Made by a program: the position numbers and the translations under genes
Source: Ignavibacteriota bacterium
GTDB taxonomy: Bacteria > Bacteroidota > Ignavibacteria > UBA10030 > UBA6906
Reading direction: 5' to 3'
Length of the DNA: 64,000 bases
NCBI GenBank assembly: GCA_016707525.1
Contig: JADJHP010000003.1
Location: 76,677 to 140,676 of the forward strand
Shown here: one piece after another, positions 27,602 through 42,100 of the stretch
Position numbering within the stretch: position 1 is the stretch's first letter
Layout: every line of letters begins with the position of its first letter
The notes under the pieces: generated by a model
Database searches by the model: none
Told to the model about the DNA's origin: nothing
The model's input: only the letters and a program-made list of their open reading frames with translations

Positions 27602-28800
27602 AGGTTCGCGTATGTTGTCATATCCTTGTCACCCCGCCCCGACACGTTCACCAGGATGAGGGGTGAGCCGGTGGTGCGCGGCGCGAGCTTTTCCAGCCAT
27701 GCAAGAGCATGCGCAGACTCGAGCGCGGGGATGATCCCTTCGAGGCGGGAAAGCAGTTTCGCCGCGGCAAGGGCTTCCTGATCTGTCACGGCAACATACT
27801 CCACCCGCCCGGCATCCTTCAGCGCGCTGTGCTCGGGGCCGACGCCGGGATAGTCCAATCCCGCGGAGATCGAGTGGGCAAGTTGCACCTGTCCGTCATG
27901 GTCCTGCAGCAGATAGCTGAGGGAACCGTGCAGGACACCGGGAGCTCCCAGCGAGAGCGTCGCGGCATGCTGCCCGGACGTGAGGCCGTGCCCGGCAGCT
28001 TCGACGCCGATCATGCGTGCCCTCGTGCCCAGGAACGGCTCGAAGAGCCCGATGGCGTTGCTCCCTCCCCCGACGCACGCCAGCAGGATATCCGGATCGC
28101 GTCCTTCAGCGGCACGCACCTGCTGCATTGCCTCTTCACCGATCACGCTCTGGAAATCGCGAACGATGGCGGGGTACGGATGAGGGCCAACGACCGATCC
28201 GATGATATAGAATGTATCGCGGACGTTGGTCACCCAATCCCGGATCGCTTCGCTCGTCGCATCCTTGAGCGTGCGCGTCCCGGAATGGACCGGCACCACG
28301 CGCGCACCGAGCATTTCCATCCTGCGCACATTCAACTGCTGACGCTCGATGTCCTCGTCGCCCATGTACACATCGCAGGCAAGTCCCATCCGCGCGGCCA
28401 CCGTGGCCGTTGCCACCCCATGCTGCCCGGCACCCGTCTCGGCAATGATCCGCTTCTTCCCCGATCGTTTTGCCAGAAGGATCTGACCGATGGTGTTATT
28501 GATCTTGTGTGCCCCGGTATGGCAGAGATCCTCCCGCTTCAGGTAGATCTTCACCTTTCCGTAGTGTGCGGCAAGGCGGTCGGCGCGTGTGATCGGCGTG
28601 GGCCGCCCGGCAAAGGTCGTCAGGAGTTCGCGCAGCTCTGCCGTGAATGCCGGGTCCTTCCGCGCGTCCTGATACAACGCCTCGAGTTCGTCCAGCGCGG
28701 GAATGAGGGTCTCGGGCACATAGCGGCCACCGTACGCTCCGAAATAGCCCCGTGCATCGGGCATACCTCCGGGAGCAAGTGCAGCAGGAGCGTGTGTCAT
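27598..28800 (-). CDS. trpB: tryptophan synthase beta subunit
   Basis: 400 aa; PLP site HTGAHKINN. Confidence 0.95.
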   Translation of the reverse strand: MTHAPAALAPGGMPDARGYFGAYGGRYVPETLIPALDELEALYQDARKDPAFTAELRELLTTFAGRPTPITRADRLAAHYGKVKIYLKREDLCHTGAHKINNTIGQILLAKRSGKKRIIAETGAGQHGVATATVAARMGLACDVYMGDEDIERQQLNVRRMEMLGARVVPVHSGTRTLKDATSEAIRDWVTNVRDTFYIIGSVVGPHPYPAIVRDFQSVIGEEAMQQVRAAEGRDPDILLACVGGGSNAIGLFEPFLGTRARMIGVEAAGHGLTSGQHAATLSLGAPGVLHGSLSYLLQDHDGQVQLAHSISAGLDYPGVGPEHSALKDAGRVEYVAVTDQEALAAAKLLSRLEGIIPALESAHALAWLEKLAPRTTGSPLILVNVSGRGDKDMTTYANL

Positions 28801-29828
28801 GTGGTGCTTCCTTCGTTCAGTGTTCTTCCAACCACCGGCGCGAGCCGGCGGATATCATCCATCAGCGCAGCAAAGCGGGATGGTTTCAAGGACTGTGCGC
28901 CATCCGAAAGTGCGGCAGCAGGATCCGGATGGACCTCGATCATCAGCCCATCCGCCCCCGCCGCGATCGCGGCCATGCTCATCGCCGGAACAGCTTCCCA
29001 GATCCCGACACCGTGACTCGGATCCACGATCACAGGCAGGTGGGTGAGCCGCTTGAGGACGGGGATCGCATTCAGATCCAGCGTGTTCCGTGTCGCCGTT
29101 TCGAACGTCCGGATCCCCCGCTCGCACAGGATGATCTGCAGGTTGCCGCGGCTCGCGATGTACTCTGCCGCCATCAGCAGTTCCTCGATCGTCGCGGCGA
29201 TGCCGCGTTTGAGCAGCACCGGTATGCGGAGTTCGCCGACGGCCTCCAGGAGACTGAAATTGCTCATGTTCCGTGCGCCGATCTGCAGCACGTCCGCCAC
29301 TTCCGCCACGGCGGGGAGGGTGCCCGTATCCTTCACTTCCGTCACGATCGCAAGCCCCGTCTTCTCGCGCGCCTCGCGGAGAAGGACCAATCCTTCTTCC
29401 TTCATGCCCTGAAAACTATACGGCGACGAACGTGGTTTGAATGCGCCGCCCCGCAAGAACTGTGCACCTGCCGACTTCACGTTTCGCGCAACGGTAACGA
29501 TCTGCTCCCGGCTCTCCACCGAGCAGGGCCCGGCCATCACCGCAAGTTCGGGCCCTCCAATGCTCGCTGTCCCGACCTTGATCACGCTGCTCTCCGGCCT
29601 CGCCTCACGACCGACGAGCTTGTACGGCTTGGAAACCGGTATCGCCCGTTCCACACCGGGCAGGATCGTGAACACATCCGCGGCGATCGCGCCGTGATTA
29701 CCGGTGATGCCGATGGCCGTCCGCTCCGCCCCGGGTATCTCGTGGGCCCGGAATCCGAGATCGCCGATCTTCAGCATCACTTCCCGGACCTGGTCCGGCG
29801 TCGCATCCTGTCGCATCAGGACGAGCAT
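28797..29828 (-). CDS. 3-deoxy-7-phosphoheptulonate (DAHP) synthase, type I-beta with N-terminal regulatory domain, embedded in the trp operon
   Basis: 343 aa; KDO8P/DAHP synthase I-beta TIM barrel ([23 protein letters not shown]); 4-nt overlaps with trpB and trpF. Confidence 0.85.
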   Translation of the reverse strand: MLVLMRQDATPDQVREVMLKIGDLGFRAHEIPGAERTAIGITGNHGAIAADVFTILPGVERAIPVSKPYKLVGREARPESSVIKVGTASIGGPELAVMAGPCSVESREQIVTVARNVKSAGAQFLRGGAFKPRSSPYSFQGMKEEGLVLLREAREKTGLAIVTEVKDTGTLPAVAEVADVLQIGARNMSNFSLLEAVGELRIPVLLKRGIAATIEELLMAAEYIASRGNLQIILCERGIRTFETATRNTLDLNAIPVLKRLTHLPVIVDPSHGVGIWEAVPAMSMAAIAAGADGLMIEVHPDPAAALSDGAQSLKPSRFAALMDDIRRLAPVVGRTLNEGSTT

Positions 29829-29831
29829 CTG

Positions 29832-30476
29832 TCATCTCCCTTGTGCTTCACGTGAACGATCCCATGCCAACGCCTTGAGTGCCGCATGGACGAACGCCCT
29901 CACCTTCTCATGATCCTTGATACCCGGCGCCACTTCCACGCCGCTGCTCACGTCCACACCCATGGGACGTGCTTGTCTGATCGCTTCCGCAACATTCGCC
30001 GGCGAGAGTCCGCCGCCCAGGATCACGGGCCCATGCCCGGCAGCCGCCCGTGCGATGCTCCAATCGAACACCTGGCCGGTACCGCCATGCACACCGGCAA
30101 CGAAGGTGTCCAGCACGTGGGCATCCACGCGATATGTTCCCACGCTGGCCGGATCGAAATCGGGTCCCACACGGTGTGCCTTCAGGACGCGGACCGGCAG
30201 GCCTTCCGTCTCCGCCGGCGACTCCTCCCCATGCAATTGTACCGCCTTCACCCCGCTCCTCCGGATCGCATCGAGGATCGCGGCGCGTGGCGCATTGACG
30301 AACACGCCGACCGTCACGATATCATTCGGGATGGACCGGACGATGTCCGCAACGGCATCAGGGCTGATGCACCGCTTACTCGAAGGCACGAAAATGAAGC
30401 CCAGCATGTCGGCACCCGCATCGAGCGCGCACAGGGCATCGTCACGCCTGGTGATCCCGCAGATCTTCACCCTCAT
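29832..30476 (-). CDS. trpF: phosphoribosylanthranilate isomerase
   Basis: 214 aa; MRVKICGIT N-terminus. Confidence 0.9.
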   Translation of the reverse strand: MRVKICGITRRDDALCALDAGADMLGFIFVPSSKRCISPDAVADIVRSIPNDIVTVGVFVNAPRAAILDAIRRSGVKAVQLHGEESPAETEGLPVRVLKAHRVGPDFDPASVGTYRVDAHVLDTFVAGVHGGTGQVFDWSIARAAAGHGPVILGGGLSPANVAEAIRQARPMGVDVSSGVEVAPGIKDHEKVRAFVHAALKALAWDRSREAQGR

Positions 30477-31261
30477 GCGCGGACCCCGGCAAGCACGTCC
30501 CGGAGTGCCTCACCGGGATCGGGAGCCCGCATGAACCCTTCGCCGATCAGGAATGCATCGATGTTGTGGGACCGCAGCATGCGTATATCTGCAGCGGACT
30601 GGATACCTGACTCGCTCACGCAGACCACATCGGAACCGATCAGGCCGCGCAGTCGCACCGACGTCTGCATATCCGTCGCAAATGTCGCAAGGTCACGATT
30701 GTTGATCCCGACCACGGGGAATCTTCCGCCCTCCAGCGCACCCACTTCCTCTTCATTGTGCACTTCCACGAGGACGCCGAGGCCGAGTTCATCGGCAAGG
30801 GCTTTGAGCTCATTCAGCAGGATGCGGTCCAGGGCGGCGACGATGAGCAGGACCGCATCGGCCTGGTACGCTCGCGCTTCATGAAGTTGATAGGGGTCAA
30901 GGATGAAATCCTTGCGGAGGACAGGCACCGCATGTCCTGCACGAGCAAGCGCCATGTAGTCCAGATGGCCCTGGAAGAACGGAACATCCGTGAGCACGGA
31001 GAGCGCCGCGGCGCCCGCCGCTACATACGACCGTGCGATCGCCGGTACGTCCATATCAGCGCGGATGACGCCCCGGGAGGGCGATGCTGCCTTGATCTCC
31101 GCGATGACCGCGGGGGAACGTTGGCGCAGGGCAAGTTCGAATGGCCGGCGGGGCACGTGATAGCCGGGCATATCCATCAGTGCGGCAAGCGGGGCCCTCT
31201 GCTTACGGGCGTCCAGGTCCTCCTGTGTGCGCCGGAGGATCGCGTCGAGATAGGTGCTCAT
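30473..31261 (-). CDS. trpC: indole-3-glycerol phosphate synthase
   Basis: 262 aa; IAEIKAASPS motif. Confidence 0.9.
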   Translation of the reverse strand: MSTYLDAILRRTQEDLDARKQRAPLAALMDMPGYHVPRRPFELALRQRSPAVIAEIKAASPSRGVIRADMDVPAIARSYVAAGAAALSVLTDVPFFQGHLDYMALARAGHAVPVLRKDFILDPYQLHEARAYQADAVLLIVAALDRILLNELKALADELGLGVLVEVHNEEEVGALEGGRFPVVGINNRDLATFATDMQTSVRLRGLIGSDVVCVSESGIQSAADIRMLRSHNIDAFLIGEGFMRAPDPGEALRDVLAGVRA

Positions 31262-32271
31262 GCTCTGTTCGTGAACTCCACCAGTGCCTTGAGGGTTGCC
31301 AGCGCGCGGCCCGAGTCGATCGCTTCCGCCGCGAGGCGTGTCCCGGCCGTCAGGTCGGCGGCCTTGCCTGCCACAAAGATCCCCATCCCTGCGTTGGCGA
31401 GAACGATATCACGACCCGGAACCGGTTCGGCCTGGAGGATGCTGAGCGCAATACGGGCATTTGTTTCAGGATCCCCACCCTTCACGGCGTCGTGCGGCGC
31501 TGTCGCAAGCCCGAAATCGGAAGCTTCGACGATATACCTGCGCACAGGCCGATCCCCTCCCACCTCGTGGACCGACGTCGGCCGTGCGAGGCTCACTTCA
31601 TCCATCCCGTCATCGCTGTGGATCACGCACGCTTTGTCCGTGTCCAGCACGTGCAGCGCACCGGCGAGCCGCCGGGCCACATCATGATGATAGGTCCCGA
31701 GCACCTGGCGCCGCACGCTGGCAGGGTTGGTGATCGGACCGAGCATATTGAAGATGGTCCTGACGCCAAGCTCCTGACGCGCTTTCGCCGCGAACTTCAT
31801 CGCGGGATGGAACAACGGAGCGAACAGGAACCCGATCCCGACGGTATTCACGCACGCCTCCACGCGGTCCGGTGCCAGTTGTGTCTTCACGCCGAGCGCA
31901 GCGAGCACATCGGCGCTGCCGCTGCGGCTCGACACGGAGCGGTTGCCGTGCTTCGCAACGGTCACGCCCGCGCCGGCAGCCACGAGCGCGGCCACCGTGG
32001 AGATATTGAACGTATCGCGTCCATCCCCACCGGTACCGCACATATCGATGGCGTCGCCATCGTCGGTGGTGATCCGGACCGCATGGGCACGCATCGTTCG
32101 CGCGAACCCGACGACCTCGGATTCGCTCTCCCCTTTTGCGCGGAGTGCGATGAGCAATCCGGCGATCTGCGCATCCGTAGCGGTGCCGCTCATGATCCTC
32201 TCCAGGGCATCCGCTGCCTCGTCGATCGACAGGTCCTGCTTCTCCAGACACTTCTCGATATAGTGCTTCAT
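31258..32271 (-). CDS. trpD: anthranilate phosphoribosyltransferase
   Basis: 337 aa; CGTGGDG motif. Confidence 0.9.
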   Translation of the reverse strand: MKHYIEKCLEKQDLSIDEAADALERIMSGTATDAQIAGLLIALRAKGESESEVVGFARTMRAHAVRITTDDGDAIDMCGTGGDGRDTFNISTVAALVAAGAGVTVAKHGNRSVSSRSGSADVLAALGVKTQLAPDRVEACVNTVGIGFLFAPLFHPAMKFAAKARQELGVRTIFNMLGPITNPASVRRQVLGTYHHDVARRLAGALHVLDTDKACVIHSDDGMDEVSLARPTSVHEVGGDRPVRRYIVEASDFGLATAPHDAVKGGDPETNARIALSILQAEPVPGRDIVLANAGMGIFVAGKAADLTAGTRLAAEAIDSGRALATLKALVEFTNRA

Positions 32272-32837
32272 GACAGCCTCTCCACCCAGTTCCTGAGAAT
32301 TTGCATGCCCTCTGTGGTCAGGATCGATTCGGGGTGGAATTGCACGCCTTCCACCGGCAACGTCCTGTGACGCACGCCCATGATCACGCCATCCTCGGTC
32401 TCCGCGGTGATCTCCAGAGCATCAGGCAGCGAGGAACGCTCGACGACCAACGAATGGTAGCGCGTCGCATCGAAGGGATCCGACACGCCCCGGTACAGCG
32501 ACGTTCCGTGATGCCGCACGCGCGATGTCCGTCCGTGCATCAGCGACGGCGCGTGGATGACGGATCCGCCGAAGGCGGCGCCGATCGCCTGATGGCCGAG
32601 GCAGACGCCGAAGAGCGGGAACGAGGTACTACAGTGGCGGATGACGTCAAGGGTGACGCCGGCATCCTCCGGTCGGCCGGGGCCGGGGGACAACAGGATC
32701 CCGTCCGGCGCCAATGTTGTGATCTCGTCGACGGTCACGGCATCGTTGCGGCGCACCAAGAGATCGGTGCGGAAGGTGCCGAGTGCCTGCACGAGATTGA
32801 ACGTGAAGGAATCATAGTTGTCGATCACGAGGATCAT
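32268..32837 (-). CDS. trpG: anthranilate synthase component II (glutamine amidotransferase)
   Basis: 189 aa; class I GATase triad (GVCLGHQ). Confidence 0.9.
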   Translation of the reverse strand: MILVIDNYDSFTFNLVQALGTFRTDLLVRRNDAVTVDEITTLAPDGILLSPGPGRPEDAGVTLDVIRHCSTSFPLFGVCLGHQAIGAAFGGSVIHAPSLMHGRTSRVRHHGTSLYRGVSDPFDATRYHSLVVERSSLPDALEITAETEDGVIMGVRHRTLPVEGVQFHPESILTTEGMQILRNWVERLS

Positions 32838-34324
32838 TGTGCACCTTCCTCCTGCCCGTCGGGCGCGGCGAGCCCGCGTGAGGCGAGACGTATCGCCTCC
32901 ATGAGCACCCGCGCCTTGTTGACCGTTTCGTCGTATTCATTCGACGGCACGGAGTCGGCAACGATCCCCGCGCCCGCCTGCAGCTTCAACGTTTGTCCAT
33001 GCGCGAACACCGTGCGTATCGCGATACAGGTATCCATCGTGCCGTCCATGCCGAAATACCCCACGGCGCCTGCGTACGCTCCACGCGGAAAGGGTTCGAG
33101 GTCAGCGATGATCTCCATCGCACGCACCTTCGGGGCACCCGAGACCGTCCCTGCAGGGAAGCACGATTCAAAGATGCCCACCGCGTCGATGTCCGGACGG
33201 ATCCGGCCGCGCACTTCCGAAACGATGTGCATCACATGCGAATAGCGGTCCACGCGCTTGAAGACCGGCACTTCCACGGAACCGTACTCGGAGACCCGGC
33301 CAACGTCGTTGCGCCCGAGGTCCACAAGCATCACATGCTCGGCAAGTTCCTTGGGATCGGCGAGAAGGTCCAGTTCAAGACGTTTGTCGTCGGCTTCATC
33401 CACACCGCGGCGCCGGGTACCGGCGATCGGCAGAAGCTCCACTGTGCCGCCGTGTGCCTGGATGAGCATTTCCGGCGAAGAGCCGGCGAGTTTGGTAGCG
33501 CCGAAATCCAGGAAGAAAAGGTACGGGGATGGATTGATGATGCGCAGGGAACGATAGACGGCAAAGAGATCGCCGGTGAACGTACTGCGTGTCCTTCGTG
33601 AGAGCACCACCTGAAAGATATCGCCTTCGGTGATGTGTTCTTTCGCACGAAGCACGGCCTGCTCGAACCCCGCGCGGTCCGGTTCACCCGCTCCATCCAT
33701 CGCACAACTGAACGGCGTGGCCGGTGCGGTCACTCTCCGCAGGCGGAGTTCCAGCGCAGACAGGGCGGCCTTCCCCGATTCGTACTGGTCTTCCAGTGGC
33801 GCCGCCGGGTCGATGAAGACATTGTGCATGAGCGTCATGACCTGCCGGTGATGGTCGAACTGCACGACCGAGCCGAACAGGCCGAGGATCGCATCGGGCT
33901 CCTCACCCGCTGCGGGCGTGATAGGTATCCGTTCGATGTGCCTGACGCAGTTGTACCCGATGTATCCCACAAGTCCGCCAAGCAGCCCGTGGGGCTCCTG
34001 CACCGGTGCGATCCTGTGCGGTGCGAGGATACTGCGGATGACGGAGAACAGCGGGCCCTGCACCTCCTCCGTTCCCCTGGCATCGCGCACGGTCACCGAT
34101 CCGTTGCGGGCTTCGAGGATCACCCGCGGACGCGTGCCGATGAACGAAAAGCGTCCGATCTTTTCGTTCGGTTCGACGCTCTCCAGGATGAAGGACGGCA
34201 CCCCCTCTTCACGGAGCGTGAGGTAGGTCAGGACCGGGGTCAAGGTATCCGCCACCAGGGTCCGCACGAGCGGGATCACGGTGTACGAAGCTGCCAGTTG
34301 CCTGAATGTTGCGAACGGTATCAT
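32834..34324 (-). CDS. trpE: anthranilate synthase component I
   Basis: ORF 32834..34384 trimmed to MIPFATFRQ (ATG 34324), preceded by a GGGAGG Shine-Dalgarno; chorismate-binding domain. Confidence 0.9.
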   Translation of the reverse strand: MIPFATFRQLAASYTVIPLVRTLVADTLTPVLTYLTLREEGVPSFILESVEPNEKIGRFSFIGTRPRVILEARNGSVTVRDARGTEEVQGPLFSVIRSILAPHRIAPVQEPHGLLGGLVGYIGYNCVRHIERIPITPAAGEEPDAILGLFGSVVQFDHHRQVMTLMHNVFIDPAAPLEDQYESGKAALSALELRLRRVTAPATPFSCAMDGAGEPDRAGFEQAVLRAKEHITEGDIFQVVLSRRTRSTFTGDLFAVYRSLRIINPSPYLFFLDFGATKLAGSSPEMLIQAHGGTVELLPIAGTRRRGVDEADDKRLELDLLADPKELAEHVMLVDLGRNDVGRVSEYGSVEVPVFKRVDRYSHVMHIVSEVRGRIRPDIDAVGIFESCFPAGTVSGAPKVRAMEIIADLEPFPRGAYAGAVGYFGMDGTMDTCIAIRTVFAHGQTLKLQAGAGIVADSVPSNEYDETVNKARVLMEAIRLASRGLAAPDGQEEGAQ

Positions 34325-34332
34325 GGACCTCC

Positions 34333-34373
34333 CATAAAAACGAAAAAACCCTTCCTGGCTGTCAGGAAGGGTT
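34333..34373 (-). terminator. trp attenuator terminator: AACCCTTCCTG-ACAGC-CAGGAAGGGTT hairpin plus UUUUUUCGUUUUUAU tract, immediately 5' of trpE
   Basis: Read directly from the minus strand; 11-bp GC-rich stem with a 5-nt loop followed by a U-tract; ends 9 nt before the trpE ATG. Confidence 0.85.
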
Positions 34374-34400
34374 GTGCATGGCACAACGATGGAAAAGACA

Positions 34401-34484
34401 CTAACCTCCTGCAGGTTGCGGGCTCATCATCGTGCGCCACCACCAGGACGACAGGTTTGTGCGATATGCGTTGACGGATTTCAT
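34401..34484 (-). CDS. trpL: trp operon leader peptide MKSVNAYRTNLSSWWWRTMMSPQPAGG (three consecutive Trp codons)
   Basis: Manual translation of the minus strand: ATG at 34484; TGG TGG TGG at 34445..34437; TAG at 34403..34401. Not in the ORF track (<60 aa). Confidence 0.85.
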   Translation of the reverse strand: MKSVNAYRTNLSSWWWRTMMSPQPAGG

Positions 34485-34492
34485 GATGGTGC

Positions 34493-34521
34493 AATATACG
34501 TGCAGAGGGGTGTCGTGTCAA
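34493..34521 (-). promoter_or_regulatory. trp operon promoter: TTGACA(-35) / 17-bp spacer / TATATT(-10), -10 placed 8 nt upstream of the leader ATG
   Basis: Minus strand reads TTGACAcgacacccctctgcacgTATATTgcaccatcATG; consensus sigma70 hexamers with optimal spacing. Confidence 0.6.
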
Positions 34522-34542
34522 GCGAAAAGTGGCAACGCGGTG

Positions 34543-38943
<4,401 letters not shown>

Positions 38944-39119
38944 GGTTCCCAGTTGAGCTGTGGCCGATATCAGCCCAATGGCTGATGATGGTCGACGGCT
39001 TTCCCCCCGCGTTCAGGAATTGCGCCTTCTGCGACAGGGCGAGCAGGGGGAACCGCCTTTTCATGAACTATCTGCCTCCAGGAACGCAATCATCATGCCA
39101 TTGTCACTCTATTGTATGC

Positions 39120-42100
39120 CTATTGGCTGAATTTCCACTCAAGAACGCCCGAGGAAAGGCCCTTCTGGAGCTGAACTTCCATGCGCAAACCTCTGGTCGT
39201 GACCGGTGTGAAGCGGACGACATTGAGCGCGTCCTTCTCCGTTGCATATGCCGACTGCGCCTGAACAGGAACCCACGCATCACCCGCCCGATAGAGGATC
39301 CGCCATGACTGCGGTACCCGGGAGAAACCATCGACTCCATCGTCGAACCAATACACGGAGCAGGAGGAAACCGACTGCTCTGATGGGAGATCGTACTGGA
39401 TCCACTCCGCGGTCCCCTTGTGATCCCACCAGCTCATGCGCGTGATGCTCTCATCGTTCGAAGCCTTCGGCTCGAAGCCATCGGCGACCGCTTCAGGATC
39501 TTCATATCGATTGATATACGAGTAACTGATCGTGAACGGGATCGGACGCGGGCGTTGCGGCGGCACCCATTCCACCCCCCGCGCATCCGTCGTCACCGTG
39601 GGGAACGATGTGATACGGAGCCGCGCCGTACCCATGGGCACGAGCGTGAGCGGTTCTTCAGGTGCGGCCGTACGTGCTGGACTCTTCTGCAGTGGCCCGA
39701 CCAGGTTACGGTAGTCGGCCTGCCACCCATCGATCCTCCGTCCCGTGGCCTTGATCACGAACGGCAATGCCGCAGGGGTCCAGGGGAGCGCATGCGGATC
39801 CGGCGTGCGGGGTTCGACGGTGAACGACCGGGCTGCATCCACGGAGTCGAGCACCAGGCCGTAGTTCCAGGCCGTCGTGGGGAACACTTCCCACTCCGGC
39901 CACGCGGTGTTGGTGCCGTACTTTTCCCACCGTTCGCCGATGCTCAGGGAGAAGGTCAACGGGCCGCGATTCACGGACACGGAGTTCTGATTCTTCTCCC
40001 ACCGTTGTACCTGCAGCGGCATCGCGAAGGTGATCACGACCTCGTCACCCGGCGACCACTGCCTGTCGATGCAAGCGAACATCCCGCCGGATGAAGGCAA
40101 TGCGGTCGCGGCGCCATTGATGCTGACCGATGCCTCCGCGCACCAGCCGGGGATGCGGACGTAGAGCGGAAAGCGTACTTTCTTCGCCGGTGTCACGCGC
40201 AATCGAACCACACCGTCGTAGGGATAGTCCGTCCGCTCCTCGATGCCCACGGCGATGCCATCTCCTACCACCGCGCGCACCTGCGAGGGAGCGTAGAGAG
40301 AGGCGCACAGGCCGCCATCACGCGTCGCAAGCCACATCTCCTCTGCGAAGTACGGCCAGCCATGGGCGACGTTGTGCTGGCAACAGCGGTAGGTCTGGAA
40401 AGGACTGTACGAGAACATCGTGCCGCCGTTCTGGATCCCCGGCGTCTTCAGCTCCTTGTCCAGTTGCACCTGATTGGCACAGGTAAGATAGTGCAACCCC
40501 TTCTGGTCCGGTGTGAGGGCCACGGGCAGGCTGTTGAACGCGAGCTCTTCGCAGCGGTCGGACCAGACCGTACCGCCGCCCGTACGCGTGAGCATTTCGA
40601 AGCTGTGCATGAACTCCACGATCCCGCATGTCTCAAATCCCTGACGGGGGTCGATGAAGCCGGGCCGCGCATTCTCATCGGCCGCGAAACCGCCGCCGGG
40701 AAATTGGCCGTACATCCCGCGGACCTGGCGGTAGTTCCGCTCCACGGCATGCAAGAGGGAGAAGTCGCGCGCCACCGGATAGTACATCGCCGGGCCACGG
40801 AACCCCTGGGCGATGTTCACATTGTGCCAGTTCACGACCGTGGAGTCCCACCGCGACATGTTACGATGCATCTTCCCCGCAAGGTCGAGCAGCCACACTC
40901 TCCCCGTTCGGTTGTACAGCCACACCACGCTCTCGATGTTGTCTCCCATCCTCGTCTTGGGCCAGTAGCCCTCACCGAAGGCCGTCTCCGGAAGCGTGTT
41001 CTCCCATGCGAAGTACTTCTCCATGAACGGGATCACGCGCGGGTCTGCGGTATATTCATAGTAGGATTGCAGGACGTTGAGCATGACCATGTGCGGCCAG
41101 AGATCGGGCTTCCCCTCGAGCGAGGTGAGCAGATCGCGCGGGCCGAACCAGCCGTCCTCGCGTTGCGACGAGAGCATCGCCTCGATCCAGAAACGTGCCT
41201 TGCGCTGTATGGAGGTATCCCCGAGGACGTAGCCGAGATCCCCATACCCTTTCAACCAGTACGGGAGTTCCTCCCACCCGCGCGAGCCCTTTCCCTCTGC
41301 GTTCGCCCACGCGCTCGTTGAAGGATCGAGCCAGGGAGAGATCTCGGCCAGGTGCCCGACCATGCCATCGCGTTCGATCTCCAGCATCCGCTGGAGCCAC
41401 CCTTCGGGCCTGATGCTTCCGATCGGCAACCGCGTCATCGGCGTGCCCACAAGGGGTGGCCGGTTCCACTGGCTCCCCGTCGAGGTGTGCGGCGGATCGA
41501 TCACGGCATGCAGGGAGATGCCGTTCGCAGGCGCGGGAGGAGTGATCGCACCACGGTTCGCTTCAGCGACCAGGTGCGCCGGTGCCTTGACGACCATCCT
41601 GTCGTAGGTCATCAGGCCGTTACATTCCACCTCGACGTCCGTGATCTGCGTGTACACCGCGGCACAGAGCCCATCGGTATCTTTGAGCCGGCGTACCGAA
41701 CCGAGGAACTGTGCATACGTGGACGTCAGTTCCTCTGCATCCTTCATCCCCTTGTATCCCCAGTGCTCCTTTTTCCACGTGTGTCCGGGCAGGGCGAGGC
41801 CAAGTCCTCCGAACTCGCCGAGGACGATCGCGCGTGCCGATTCCGCGATCGGCGCCGCCGGTTTCGGGTAGGAATGAATGTCCATGACATCGCCGGCATT
41901 CTTGTCGGTCCAACCGCTGGCATTGTTCACCAGCCGCGCCGGATCGAGCTGCTTCACATGGGCCGTCAGACGTTCGGTGTCGTACTGCCCCCACCCTTCA
42001 TTGAAGACCACCCACATGATGATGGACGGATGGTTCCGGTGCGTCGCCACGAGCCGGTCGAGTTCGGCCTCGAACTGGGTCCGCGAAGCAGGGGTGGTGT

